A DNA stretch of 64,000 nt from the human T2T-CHM13v2.0 reference genome, Homo sapiens. Location: NCBI RefSeq assembly GCF_009914755.1, contig NC_060930.1; one strand, written 5' to 3'. The notes under the pieces were generated by a model. The model saw only the letters and a program-made list of their open reading frames with translations, ran no database searches and was not told the DNA's origin. This document shows positions 44,372-57,479 of this stretch, piece after piece (the stretch's first letter is position 1; the number at the start of each line of letters is the position of its first letter). Both the position numbers and the translations under genes were made by a program.

Positions 44372-45418
44372 CATTTTTATTCTGGCTAGGTTCTTAGCTA
44401 TGGAAATCCTCATAGACAAGTCAAGATCTTACTTTATGAAATGTATGCAATAGGAGAGTCAGTGGGATGTCACTGTGATTGGGAAAAATGTTTACCCAAG
44501 ACTATTATCTTCTGAAGCTGGGCACCAATATATACTTGAAGAATATTTATAAAATCGAGAAGGATTTAAGGAAAGTACAGGCCTACCTCGGACATATTGT
44601 GGGTTTGGCTCCAGACCACTACAATAAAATGAATGTTGCAATATAGTGAATATTACAATAAAGTGAGTCACACAAATGTATTGGTTTCCCAGTGCATATT
44701 AACATGTTTACATTGTACTGTAGTCTAGTAAGTGTGCAATAGCATTATATCTAAAAGATCAATGTACATACTTTAATTAAGAAATACTTTATCGATAAAA
44801 ATTGCCAACAATCATCTGAAACTTTGGCAAGTCATAATCTTTTTGCTGGTGGAGGGTCTTGCCTTGATGTTGATAGCTACTGACTGATCAGGGTAGTGGT
44901 TGCTGAAGGTTGTGGTGGCTGTGGCAACTTCATTAAAAAAAAAAAAGACAACAATGAAGTTTGCTGCATTGATAGAATCTTCCTTTCATGACAGATTTCT
45001 CTGTAGCATGAGATGCCGTTTGATAGCATTTTACCACAGTAGAACTTTTTTCAGAATTGAAATCAATTCTCCCAAACCCTGCCACTTCTTTATCAGCTAA
45101 GTTTGTGTAATATTGTAAGTCCTTTGTTGTCATTTCACAGTGTTCATGGCATCTTCATTAGCAATGGATTTCATCTCAAGGATCCACTTTTTTTTTTGAA
45201 TTCATAGAAAGTAATAGATTCCATCTCAAGGCTCCACTTTCTTTGAGTTCTTCAGGTTGCATACGTAAAGAGCAACTCCTCATCCATTGAAGTTTTATCA
45301 TGAGATTGTAGCAATTCAGTCACATCTTCAGGCTGCACTTCTAGTTCTCTTGCTATTTCTACCACGTCTGCAGTTATGTTCTTCTCTGAAGTTTTGAATC
45401 CCTCAAAGTCATCCATGA

Positions 45419-45674
45419 GGCTGGGCATGGTGGCTCACGCGTGTAGTCCTACCACTTTGGGAGGCCAAGGCTGGCGGATCATCTGAGCTAAGGAGTTTGA
45501 GACCAGCCTGGGCAGCATGTGAGACCTGGGCTCTACTAAAAATACAAAAAAATTAGCAGGCATGCTAGCGCATGCCTGTAATCCCTGGGGTGGCTGTGGT
45601 GTGAGAATTGGTTGATCCTGGGAGGTGGAGGTTGCAAAAAAAATAAAATGAACGAATGAATGAATGAATAAATG
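45419..45674 (+). mobile_element. Alu lacking the end of its right arm, within Tigger1
   Basis: TSD AAGTCATCCATGA at 45406-18 and 45675-87. Confidence 0.9.
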
Positions 45675-45728
45675 AAGTCATCCATGAGGGTTGAAATCAA
45701 TTTATTTCAAACTCCTATAAATGTTGAC

Positions 45729-46033
45729 TTCTTTTTTACTGTTTTTTGAGACAGAGTCTCACTCTGTCACGCAGGCTGGAGTGCAGTGGCATAATCTTGG
45801 CTGGCTGCAACCTCTACCTCCTGGGTTCAAGTGATTCTTGTGCCTTAGCCTCCTGAGTAGCTGGGATTACAGGTGTGCACCACCATACTGGGCTAATTTT
45901 TTGTATTTTTGGTAGAGGATGGGGTTTCGCCATGTTAGCCAGGCTGGTCTCGAACTCCTGGCCTCAAGTGATCCGCACCCCCCTTGGCCTCACAAAGTGC
46001 TGGGATTTCAAGTGTGAGCCATCACGCCTGGCC
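45729..46033 (-). mobile_element. AluS element within Tigger1
   Basis: TSD AATGTTGAC at 45720-28 and 46034-42. Confidence 0.92.
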
Positions 46034-46268
46034 AATGTTGACATTTTGAAATTTCATGAACCATGAACATTCTAAATGGCATCTAGAATAGTCCTTCCCA
46101 GAAGATTTTCAATTTACTTTGCCCAGATCCATCAGAGTAATCATTTATGGCAGATATAGCTTTACAAAATGTATTTCTTAAATAATAAGACTTGAAAGTA
46201 GAAATTATTCCTTGATCTGTGAGGCACAGAATTGATGTATTAGCAGGCATGAAAACAATGTTAATCTT

Positions 46269-49200
46269 TTTTTTCCTATTTTTTTTTTCATTATACTTTA
46301 AGTTCTAGGGTACATGTACACAACGTGCAGGTTTGATACATAGGTATGTGCCATGTTGTTTTGCTGCACCCATCGACTCATCATTTACATTAGGTATTTC
46401 TTCTAATGCTATCCCTCCCCCAGCTTCCCAATCCCCGACAGGCCCTGGTGTGTGATGTTCCCCGCCCTGTGTCCAAGTGATCTCATTGTTCATTTCCCAC
46501 TTATGAGTGAGAACATGTGGTGTTTGGTTTTCTGTCCTTGTGATAGTTTGCTGAGAATGATGGTTTCCAGCTTCATCCATGTCCCTGCAAAGGACATGAA
46601 CTCATCATTTTGTATGGCTGCATAGTATTCCATGGTGTATATGTGCCACATTTTCTTAATCTAGTCTATCATTGATAGACATTTGGGTTGGTTCCAAGTC
46701 TTTGCTATTGTGAATAGTGCCACAATAAACATACATGTGCATGTGTCTTTATAGTAGCATGATTTATAATCCTTTGGATATATACCCAGTAATGGGATTG
46801 TTGGGTCAAATGGTAATTCTAGTTCTAGATCCTTGAGGAATCTCCACACTGTTTTCCACAATGGTTGAACCAATTTACACTCCCACCAAGAGTGTAAAAG
46901 TGTTCCTATTTCTCCACATCCTCTCCAGCATCTGTTGTTTCTTGACTTTTTAATGATTGCCATTCTAAATGGTGTGAGATGGTATCTCATTGTGATTTTG
47001 ATTTGCATTTCTCTGATGACCGGTGATGATAAGCATTTTCTCATGTGTCTGTTGGCTGCATAGATGTCTTGTTTTGAGCAGTATCTGTTCATATTCTTTG
47101 CCCACTTTTTGATGGGTTTGTTTGTCTTTTTCTTGTAAATTTGTTTGAGTTCTTTGTAGATTCTGGATATTAGCCCTTTGTCAGATGGGTAGATTGCGAA
47201 AATTTTCTCCCATTCTGTAGGTTGCCCGTTCACTCTGATGATAGTTTATTTTGCCGTGCAGAAGCTCTTTAGTTTAATTAGATCCCCTTTGTCTATTTTG
47301 TCTTTTGTTGCCATTGCTTTTGATGTTTTAGTCATGAAGTCCTTGCCTATACCTATGTCCTGAATGGTATTGCCTAGGTTTTCTTCTAGGGATTTTATGG
47401 TTTTAGGTCTAACATTTAAGTCTTTAATCCATCTTGAGTTAATTTTTGTATAAGGTGTAAGGAAGGGATCCAGTTTCAGCTTTCTACATATGGCTAGCCA
47501 GTTTTCCCAGCACCATTTATTAAATAGGGAATCCTTTCCCCATTTCTTATTTTTGTCAGGTTTATTAAAGATCAGATGGTTGTAGATTTGTGGCATTATT
47601 TTTGAGGCCTCTGTTCTGTTCCATTGATCTATATCTCTGTTTTGGTACCAGTACCATGCTGTTTTGGTTACTGTAGCCTTGTAGTATAGTTTGAAGTCAG
47701 GTAGTGTGATACCTTTAGCTTTGTTCTTTTTGTTTAGGATTATCTTGGCTATGTGTGCTCTTTTTTGGTTCCATATGAACTTTAAAGTAGTTTTTTCCAA
47801 TTCTGTGAAGAAAGTCATTGGTAGCTTGATGGGGATGGCACTGAATCTATAAGTTACTTTGGACAGTATGGCCATTTTCACAAACAGATTCTTCTTATCC
47901 ATGAGCATGGAATATTCTTCCATTTGTTTGTGTCCTCTTTTATTTTGTTGAGCAGTGGTTTGTAGTTCTCCTTGAAGAGGTCCTTCACATTCCTTGTAAA
48001 TTGGATTCCTAGGTATTTTATTTTGTTTGTAGCAATTGTGAATGGGAGTTCACTCATGATTTGGCTCTCTGTTAATGGTGTATAGGAATGCTTGTGATTT
48101 TTGCACATTGATTTTGTATCTTGAAACTTTGCAGAATTTGCTTATCAGCTTAAGGAGATTTTGGGCTGAGACGATGGGGTTTTCTAAATATACAATCATC
48201 TCATCTGCAAACAGGGACAATTTTACTTCCTCTTTTCCTAATTGAAAACCCTTTATTTGTTTCTCTTGCCTGATTGCGGCTAGAACTTCCAACACTATGT
48301 TGAATAGGAGTGGTGAGAGAGGGCATCCTTGTCTCGTGCCAGTTTTCAAAGGGAATGCTTCCAGTTTTTGCCAATTTAGTATGATATCGGCTGTGGGTTT
48401 GTCATAAATAGCTCTTATTATTTTGAGATATGTTCCATCAATACCTAGTTTATTGAGAGTTTTTAGCATGAAGGGCTGTTGAATTTTGTCGAAGGCCTTT
48501 TCTGCATCTATTGAGATAATCATGTGGTTTTTGTCATTGGTTCTGTTTATGTGATGGATTACGTTTATTGATTTGCATATGTTGAACCAGCCTTGCATCC
48601 CAGGGATGAAGTTGACTTGATCGTGGTGGATAAGATTTTTTATGTGCTGCTGGATTTGGTTTGCCAGTATTTTACTGAGAATTTTTGCATTGATGTTCAT
48701 CAGGGATATTAGTCTAAAATTCTCTTCTTTTGTTGTGTCTGTCAGGCTTTGGTATCAGGATGATGTTAGCCTCATAAAATGAGTTAGGGAGGATTCCTTC
48801 TTTTTCTATTGATTGGAATAGTTCCAGAAGGTGTCGGGGGAACCCGCCCCCAATATTTTAACGTAGGTTCTTTCTGTTTTCCATAAGTGTCATCTGGCTG
48901 AGAAATAAAGAGAAAGAGTACAAAGTGAGGAATTTTACAGCTGGGCCGCCGGGGGTGACATCCCATATTGGTAGGACCATGATGCCCACCTGAGGCTCAA
49001 ACCAACAAGTTTTTTATTAAGGGTTTCAAAATTGGAGGGGGTTTAAAACAGGGAGTAGGTACAAAGATCACATGCTTCAAAGGGCAAAAAGCAGAGCAAA
49101 GATCACATGCTTCTGACCTAACAGGACAAAAGGCAAAACAGAACTACTGATAAGGGTCTATCTTCAGCTTTGCACATATTGTCTTGATAAACATCTTAAA

Positions 49201-51078
49201 CAACAGAAAACAGGGTTTGAGAGCAGAGAACCAGTCTGACCACAAATTTACCAGCTTGGAGTTTTTCCCCACCCTAATAAGCCTGAGGGTACTGCAGGAG
49301 ACCAGGGCGTATCTCAGTCCTTATCTCAACCACATAAGACAGACGCTCCCAGAGCGGATGTTTATAGGCCTTCCCCCCCTCCCCCCCGGCCCCCCCAGGA
49401 ATGCATTCCTTTCCCTGGGTATTAATATTAATATTCCTTGCTAGGAAAAGAATTTAGCAATATCTCTCCTACTTGCATGTCCGTTTATAGGCTCTCTGCA
49501 AGAAGAAAAATATGGCTCTTTTTGCCTGACCCCACAGGCAGTCAGACCTTATGGTTGTCTTCCCTTGTTCCCTAAAAATTGCTGTTATTCTGTTGTTTTT
49601 CAAGGTGCACTGATTTCATATTGTTCAAACACACATGTTTTACAATCAATTTGTACAGTTAACACAATTATCACAGTGGTCCTGAGGTGATGTACATCCT
49701 CAGCTTACGAAGATAACAGAATTAAGAGATTAAAGTAAAACAGGTGTAAGAAATTATAAAAGTATTATTTGGGAACTGTTAAATGTCCATGAAATTTTCA
49801 CGATTTATGTTCCTCTGTCATGGCTCCAGCCAGTCCCTCCATTTGGGATCCCTGACTTCCTGCAAGAAGAAGGAATGGTACCAGCAACTCTTTGTATCTC
49901 TGGTAGAATTCAGCTGTGAATCCATCTGGTCCTGGACTTTTTTTGGTTGGTAGGCTATTAATTATTGCCTCAATTTCAGAGCCTGTTATTGTTCTATTCA
50001 GAGATTCAACTTCTTCCTGGTTTAGTCTTGGGAGGGTGTATGTGTCCAGGAATTTATCCATTTCTTCTAGATTTTCTAGTTTATTTGCATAGAGGTGTTT
50101 ATAGTATTCTCTGATGGTAGTTTGTATTTCTGTGGGATTGGTGGTGATATCTCCTTTATCATTTTTTATTGCATCTATTTGATTCTTCTCTGTTTTCTTC
50201 TTTATTAATCTTTCTAGTGGTCTATCAATTTTGTTGATCTTTTCAAAAAACCAGCTCCTGGATTCATTGATTTTTTTGAACGGTTTTTTTGTCTCTATCT
50301 CTTTCAGTTCTGCTCTGATCTTAGTTATTTCTTGCCTTCTGCTAGCTTTTGAATTTATTTGCTCTTGCTTCTCTAGTTCTTTTAATTGTGATGTTAGGGT
50401 GTCAATTTTAGATCTTTCCTGTTTTCTCTTGTGGGCATTTAGAGCTATAAATTTCCCTCTCCACACTGCTTTAAATGTGTCCCAGAGATTCTGGTACGTT
50501 GTGTCTTTGCTCTCATTGATTTCAAAGAACTTCTTTATTTCTGCCTTCTTTTCCTTATTTACCCAGTAGTCATTCAGGAGCAGGTTGTTCAGTTTCCATG
50601 TAGTTGTGCGGTTTTGAGTGAGTTTCTTAATCCTGAGTTCTAATTTGATTGCACTGCGGTTTGAGAGACAGTTTGTTGTTATTTCTGTTCTTTTACATTT
50701 GCTGAAAAGTGCTTTACTTCCAGTTATGTGGTCAATTTTAGAATAAGTGTGATGTAGTGCTGAGAAGAATGTGTATTCTGTTGATTTGGGGTGGAGAGTT
50801 CTGTAGATGTCTATTAGGTCCACTTGGTGCAGAGCTGAGTTCAGGTCCTGGATATCCTTGTTAACCTTGTTTCTCGTTGTTCTGTCTAATATTGACATTG
50901 GAGTGTTAAAGTCTCCCAATATTATTGTATGGGAGTCTCTTTGTAGGTCTCTAAGGACTTGCTTTATGAATCTGGGTGCTCCTGTATTGGGTGCATATAT
51001 TTAGGATAGTTAGCTCTTCTTTTTGAATTGATCCCTTTACCATTATGTAATGGCCTTCTTTGTCTCTTTTGATCTGTG
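46269..51078 (-). mobile_element. 5'-truncated L1PA (approx. L1PA5-7): frameshifted ORF2 (partial EN, RT, C-term) plus 3'UTR
   Basis: ORFs 49798-50919, 48050-48700 (FADEM for FADDM), 47246-47923 and 46661-47233 match ORF2p; 18-bp TSD GAAAACAA(T/C)GTTAATCTT at 46251-68 and 51079-96. Confidence 0.96.
48832..49867 (-). mobile_element. MER11 solo LTR (HERV-K11/HML-8) inserted in L1 ORF2
   Basis: Reverse complement starts TCTTGCAGGAAGTCAGGGATCCC and ends GGGTTCCCCCGACA; perfect 6-bp TSD AGAAGG at 48826-31 and 49868-73. Confidence 0.92.
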
Positions 51079-53884
51079 GAAAACAACGTTAATCTTATAC
51101 ATCTCCGTCAGAGCGCTTGGGTGACCAAGGCGCATTGTCAATGAGCAGTAATATTTTGAAAGGAATCTTTTTTTTTCCTGAGCAGTAGGTTTCAACAGTG
51201 GGCTTAAAATATTCAGGAAACCCTGATATAAATAGATGTGCTATCATTCAGGGTTTGTTGTTTCATTGAAAGAGAACAGGCAGAGTGGATTTAGCATAAT
51301 TCTCAAGGGTGCTAGGACTTTCAGAATGGTGAATGAACATTGGCTTCAACTTCAAATCACCAGCTACATTAGCCCCTTACAAAAGAGTCCACCTGTCCTT
51401 TGAAGCCAGGCATTGACTTCTCTTTAGCTATGAAAATCCAAGATAGCATCTTCCAATAGAAGCTGTTTTGTCTCCATTGAAAATCTTTTGTTTAGTATAG
51501 CCACCTTCATCAATGATCTTAGTGAGATCTTCTGGATAATTTACTGCAGCTTCTCCATCAGCACTTTATGCTTCACTTTGCCGTTTTATGTACTGAGATG
51601 GCTTCTCTTCTTAAACCTCATGAACCAAGCTCTGCTATCTTCAGATTTTTCTTCGGCAGCTTCCTCACCTCTGTCAGCTTTCATAGAATTGAAAAGAGTT
51701 AGGAACTTGCCCTGGATTAGGCTTTGACTTAAGGGAATGTCGTGTGTGATTTGGTTTTCTATTCAGACCACTAAAATTTTCTTCATATCAGCAATAAGGC
51801 TATTTTGCTTTCTTATCATTTGTGTGCTTACTGGAATAACAGTTTACATTTTCTTCAAGAACTTTTCCTTTGCATTCACAACTAGGCTATTTGGTGCAAG
51901 AAGCCTAGCTTTCAGACTCTCTGGACTTTCAGCATGCCTTCCGTACTTAGCTTAGTCATTTCTAACTTACGATTTAAAGTGAGAGATATGCAGCTCCTCC
52001 TTTCACTTGAAAACTTAGAGATCACTGTAGGTCTAATTTTCATATTATTATGTCTCAGGGAATAGGGAAGCCTGAAGAAAGGGAGAGATAAAGGAGAATG
52101 ACTGGTCAGTGGATCAGTGAGAACACATACAACATTTATTGAGGTTACTAATGTAATTGTCTTGGGGTGCCATGGCAGAATGTCAGAAGGCTGTGGCACC
52201 CCAAGACACTATAACCTCAAAGATCATTGATCAGAGATCATGATAACAGATGTAATAGTAATGAAAAAGTTTGAAATATTGTGAGAATTATGAAAATGTG
52301 ATTCTGATGCTGATAGACTTGCTAGATACAGGGTTGCTACAAAGTTTCCATTTGTAAAAATTGCAATATCTGTAGGGCAAAATAAAGTGAAGCACAGTAA
52401 GACAAAGTATGCCTGTATCTATTAAGTGTTATAGCCCTAGCCTGAAGAAAAATAAATTTTTAAGTAATCATGGACATGTGGTATGATTGTATATCTTTTG
52501 CCATAAGTGATATAAAATAATATTTGAGTAAATTCGTATTATCTCCACCAAATATAAGAGTAGAAACAGGCTATGATTGTGGGCACAGAGGGCAGAGGAC
52601 GTATCTGACTGGGGATTGCCAAGACCTGAACCCTGGGCATTCAGTACTGTTGAAAGGATCAGAGAGACATTAGATGCCAGAGTAGGCAGAACGTCAGAAG
52701 TCTGGAGTATCGGTGGATAATGGAAGGAGGAAAGATGTCATATGTCAGAACCTGCTGTGGAGCAATGCCAGGCTAGGGAAGAAAATGGGTCTCCAGGAAA
52801 AGGACAAGTGACCAATGTCCCATGGTCAGACAGTTGAAGGCAACAGCAGTAGCTGTTGTGACCCACACTGGGAATTAGATCTTGACTGTTGGGACACACT
52901 AGGCTAATGAATAGCATGGAGGTTAGGTGGGCAGTGATCAGGGTAAGCAACAGGTATCGAAATGATTTGTTATCAGCATGCTGTGGGTTAAGGCGACTAC
53001 CAGCGTGTAGATCAGGCACTAGGATAAAGAGTGGGCCTTTCGATCGGGAGATTTAGGCTGAAGCCGTTCTGTGCTCTGAATTGTAATTTTGCAGAGGAGT
53101 TGACTTAAAGTTTTGGGATGACTGTGGGCATTGGGCAGCACCTGAGCTTGAATCGAAGCTCTAATGTCATGATGTTTCTGAATTCTAACATTTAGAACTT
53201 TATCAAATGAAGCTTTCCTATACCATTCAGAAGAGTACTAAGGTGAAGATAGAAGGACATGGACAGAGTCCAGAACCTAACAATGAATAGCTAATATTTA
53301 TTCAGCACTCACTGTGTCAGGTACTGTTCTGAGTGTATTACATGTACTGCTTCATTTATTCCTCCTAAAAAATCCATTTAGGGAATGGACACTGGCTCAC
53401 AGATATTCTATTTAAGTAATAAGACAATAAGAAGGACTAAATATGATGTGGTTAGGCATAAGATTATGGTATGTTCCAAACTCCAGCAGTTCCGGGTACC
53501 AAAGTTTATCTTTACCCTTCCTTATTGTTTTATGGTCCATGACCATTTGCTGTTGACGTATTTAGCACATGCCACTGGTCATGCACATTCCTTATGGCTT
53601 AGGTTCCTAACACCTGTCTGTGCTTCTTCCCAGACCACTCACTTTGACGGGTCTCCCTTTCTGACTTTCCATAGGTCTTATTGTCTACACGCATTTAGTC
53701 ACTTGGTTATATTCCTTCTTCCTGTTTTATACTTTTACAAAAAATTGTTTAATATGGGTAAATTTTGCCCCATTAACAAGCTTCTCCAGGTCTGTATTGC
53801 TTTTGTATCTTATAGTATTATTGTAAATAATTCAGCAATTTGCATAATATCTTTCTTTGTACCTTGATTTTAGTCAAGTTGTAA

Positions 53885-54139
<255 letters not shown>

Positions 54140-55185
54140 TGACATTTTCAAAGGTATGATTGGGGCTAAATAATCAAATTGCAATATTAGTCCACTTATT
54201 ACCAGTTAGTTCTCATGTATATTTAACATCAAGTCAGCTTTCTCTTACAGTGTGTGTGGTCCTGATATTGTATTAATAACTTCTGGATTAAAACCTGCTG
54301 TGTACTCCTGTTTCTTTGGCACATAGAAGAAAACAAAATACCTTTTCATTCAGCTATTTATTTATAAAATGAAGACTTGATTTTATGCTTCCCTTTGGAA
54401 TACATTGTCATTCAACTTGTAATATGTTTTGGAAATAATTGTAATATTTATATATAATTTTATAAGTATCTTAATCTTCATCTTATTAAATCATTGATAC
54501 AAAACCAATTGTTCTTCCACTGTATGTTTTCAAATTTGATTGGCTTTACTTCATATATGTATATACATATATATTTAACATATATCTATATATACAGTTT
54601 ATATATGTGTGTGTGTGCATATATGTTGACTATACATTGGGCTTCCACCTTCCACCTGATAATCTGTAGTTTTAAGGTTAAATGAAAAACAGGTTATTTT
54701 TTAGGGAGAAGTGGGAGCTGGACTAAAGGATGATTAGATCTTGATTTGTTTTGAATGCTACTTGCGGATGATTGAACTAGAGAAGTAAATTCAAACATAG
54801 AGAAGGGTGAGTTTTTTCTTGGGGTCGATAAAAACTGGTTAGGTACGTTTATGAGACTAGCATTCAGCTCTATGAATACCCCTTATTTTAAAGCTCCTGC
54901 CAATTTCCACCTACACCATTCTTTGCCTTGCTTACTGTGTCCTTCGTGCTTGCCTCCTTTCTGCTTCACACAGTCTAAATCCCTTTCCTATTTGTGACTG
55001 TTCCCTTAGCTTGGAATGCTCTTCTGATGGCTTACTTACTGTATGCTGTGTCTCAGGAAAAACCACAGGCCTGGAAGTCTGGAGCATGAGTCATAGTTCT
55101 GCCTCTAGCTTTCTGACTTGGCCAGTCAATTTACCACTTCTCTGGTCTCGTTTTCTTCATGGATAAAACAAATGAGATTCTAGAT

Positions 55186-55280
55186 CAGTGGTTCTTTCTC
55201 AACTGGGGATGATCTTAGTCTCCACTCCCACAACTCTGTTTACATTTAACAATGTAAGTGAAGACACTTTTTGTTGTCTC

Positions 55281-55320
<40 letters not shown>

Positions 55321-55445
55321 TAACTGTCATCCAGTGGGTAGAGACCAGGGTTGCTGCTATGTATCTACAGTGCACAGGACAGACCCTCACAACAAAAGAA
55401 TCATCTAGTCTAAAATGTCAATAATGTAGAAGTTGAGAAACCTTG
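55186..55445 (+). mobile_element. MER20 hAT-Charlie MITE with internal (TG)n (55284-55319)
   Basis: CAGTGGTTCT..AACTGGGGATGAT..CATCCAGTGGGTAGAGACCAGGG..CAAAAGAATCATCTAG..GTTGAGAAACCTTG. Confidence 0.85.
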
Positions 55446-55571
55446 ATCGAGATCTATGGTCCATTTATCTTTTGTGATTTAAAATGTAAACATTTAAATT
55501 ACTTATTTCTCATTGTTAGTATTATTTAGAGATTATTAAATAAAATGTATTATTTAAATACTGTTTTTCAG

Positions 55572-55640
55572 TAATATTTGGTGAAGATGTTGCCTTTGGT
55601 GGAGTCTTTAGATGCACTGTTGGCTTGCGAGACAAATATG
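55572..55640 (+). CDS. BCKDHB: BCKDHB exon 3 (69 nt)
   Basis: TTTTTCAG|[26 protein letters not shown]|GTAAGT; the GEDV motif is typical of E1-beta/transketolase pyrimidine-binding domains. Confidence 0.98.
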
Positions 55641-56019
55641 GTAAGTAAATACCTATATGAATAGTATTCTGATAGAACTTTTACTAAAAGATCTTAAAAA
55701 TACAAAATATGCCTACTAAATTTTTTGTCATATCCCCATTGTATGGATGAATTCCTTTTCATTTCCAACGCCACCCGCAGAATCCTTTGGCCTATATTTT
55801 CTCAAATGTCTTCTAGTATCCCTCTGATCTAGTTCATATTACACATACAGTGTAAATGATTCCAAAATAATTGTCATTAAATGTATATTATTTATTGTGT
55901 CATTCTTCTGTCCAAGAACCTTTGGTGTTTTATTGCTAGCTGCCTGAGCCAATTTCAATTCCATTGCCTCCAGTTGGAGATTCTGCCTGTTGGGTCTTTA
56001 TTAGCAAACTTTATCTTTT

Positions 56020-56399
56020 CGGGAAGAGAGAGAGAGAGAGAGGGAGAGGGATTTAGTTTTTAAGGAACTGGCTCATGTGAGTTTAGTTTTAAGGAACTGG
56101 CTGGCAAGTCCATAGGGCAAACTGGTTGACTTGAAACTCAGGCAGGGTTTCTGTTTTAGCCTTGAGGCTGAATTTCTTTTTGCTCGGGAACCTGCAGTCT
56201 TTTCTCTTAAGGCCTTAAATTGATTGTATGAAGCCTACCCACATTATAAAAGGTAATCTGCTTTATTCAAAATCTACTGATTTAAACGCTAATCACATCT
56301 AAAAAATACCTTCACAACAACTTCTACACCTGTGTTTGACCAAATATTAATAATTGGGTGCCATAGCCTGGTCAAGTTGACATATAATGAACCATCACA
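56020..56399. mobile_element. MLT2 (ERVL) LTR fragment
   Basis: (GA)n..TTTTAAGGAACTGGCTCATGTGA..GGTAATCTGCTTTATTCAAA..CAAGTTGACATATAATGAACCATCACA. Confidence 0.8.
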
Positions 56400-57479
56400 T
56401 TATCCTTCTTACATGTTTTATCCCAGCTGATGTCTTTAATTGGCATGTGATTGATTTCTGCCCATTGCTTTTATTAATTTCATTTGACTCAGTTAAAATA
56501 ATCAGAATGCATTTTGGTCCATCTTTGAATTCCCACTCTTCTGACTTGCAGTGTAAGGAATGTGTTTTGACCTCCTATTGTTAGGGATACCTTTGAAATG
56601 CTTTTGACATTTTATTTTTTGTCTTAGTCTTACCTGATTTAGAATTCAGCAAAGCAGTTCACGTGAGGGCTGGCAGGAGCTGATATCTCCCTCTCTTCTT
56701 TCCTTTGGCATTGCTCTATATTGCTTGTGTATTCATACGGGGCAAGAGGAGTGAGGGTCTTTAAAATTTTTTTTTAAATTGTTGTCTCTTTTTCTGTTCC
56801 ACTCTTTCTGAGGTTATGTTATACTTAAATCCAAGAACCCATACATGTTCCATCTCACTTATTGGGAACTTCCAGCTTAGTCTTTTCTTTTCCATTTATA
56901 GCAGGTTGAGTTTCTGGATCCAGTCCGTCTGCTTTCTCCTACTTCTAATACCTGCTTAGAGCTTGAGGTAGTTGGGCAAAAGATTATTTTTCCTGATCAT
57001 TTAGACTCCTGCTACAAACTTTTAGATCTTTAATAAACAGTTAAAAATCTTTACACATTTGATTTCAAAAGTAATGCATATACATTGTAGAAAATTTGGA
57101 AAATATAGAAAAGCATAAAGAAAATAAAAATTGCTCATGTTTTCAGAGATAACTTGGAGATAACCACTGTACACGTCTTGGTATATATACTTCTAGACTG
57201 TATTTGAATATGTTTGTATATATTAACTAATATTTCAAACACAGAATTATACTTCTGTAACTGAGTCTTCTCTGTATCCAGTATAACTATGCTGTGGAGC
57301 AGTGTCTAGACCTCACAATTCCATCTTGCCTGACTCAGTGTAGTAGCATGCCATGTGCTTTCTGAATAGCTAATATTTATTCAACTCACTGCGTCAGGTA
57401 CTGTTCTGAGTGTATTACATGTACTGCTTCATTTATTCCTCCCAAAAAATCTAGGGGTTTGTGTAGGCTGTTGAGTCCT

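Larger units (their letters stand above)
44578..52415 (-). mobile_element. Tigger1 (TcMar) DNA transposon with both ends present, split by two Alus and an L1PA
   Basis: TIRs CAGGCCTACCTCG (44578) and AAAGTATGCCTG (52415), each flanked by TA; transposase remnants SSERRSCISLTLNRKLEM.KLS.EGM (N-term) and MTTKDLQYY.NL.DK..AGF.RID (C-term). Confidence 0.92.

Noticed and set aside
46661-48700. L1 ORF2 RT and C-terminal ORFs as an active retroelement
   Set aside because: 5'-truncated, frameshifted, interrupted by MER11, and the catalytic FADD is changed to FADE
53385-53867. 160-aa ORF upstream of exon 2 (also 38812-39279 and 59532-59921)
   Set aside because: No domain similarity or splice support that I can see; lengths are compatible with chance or ERV-derived sequence
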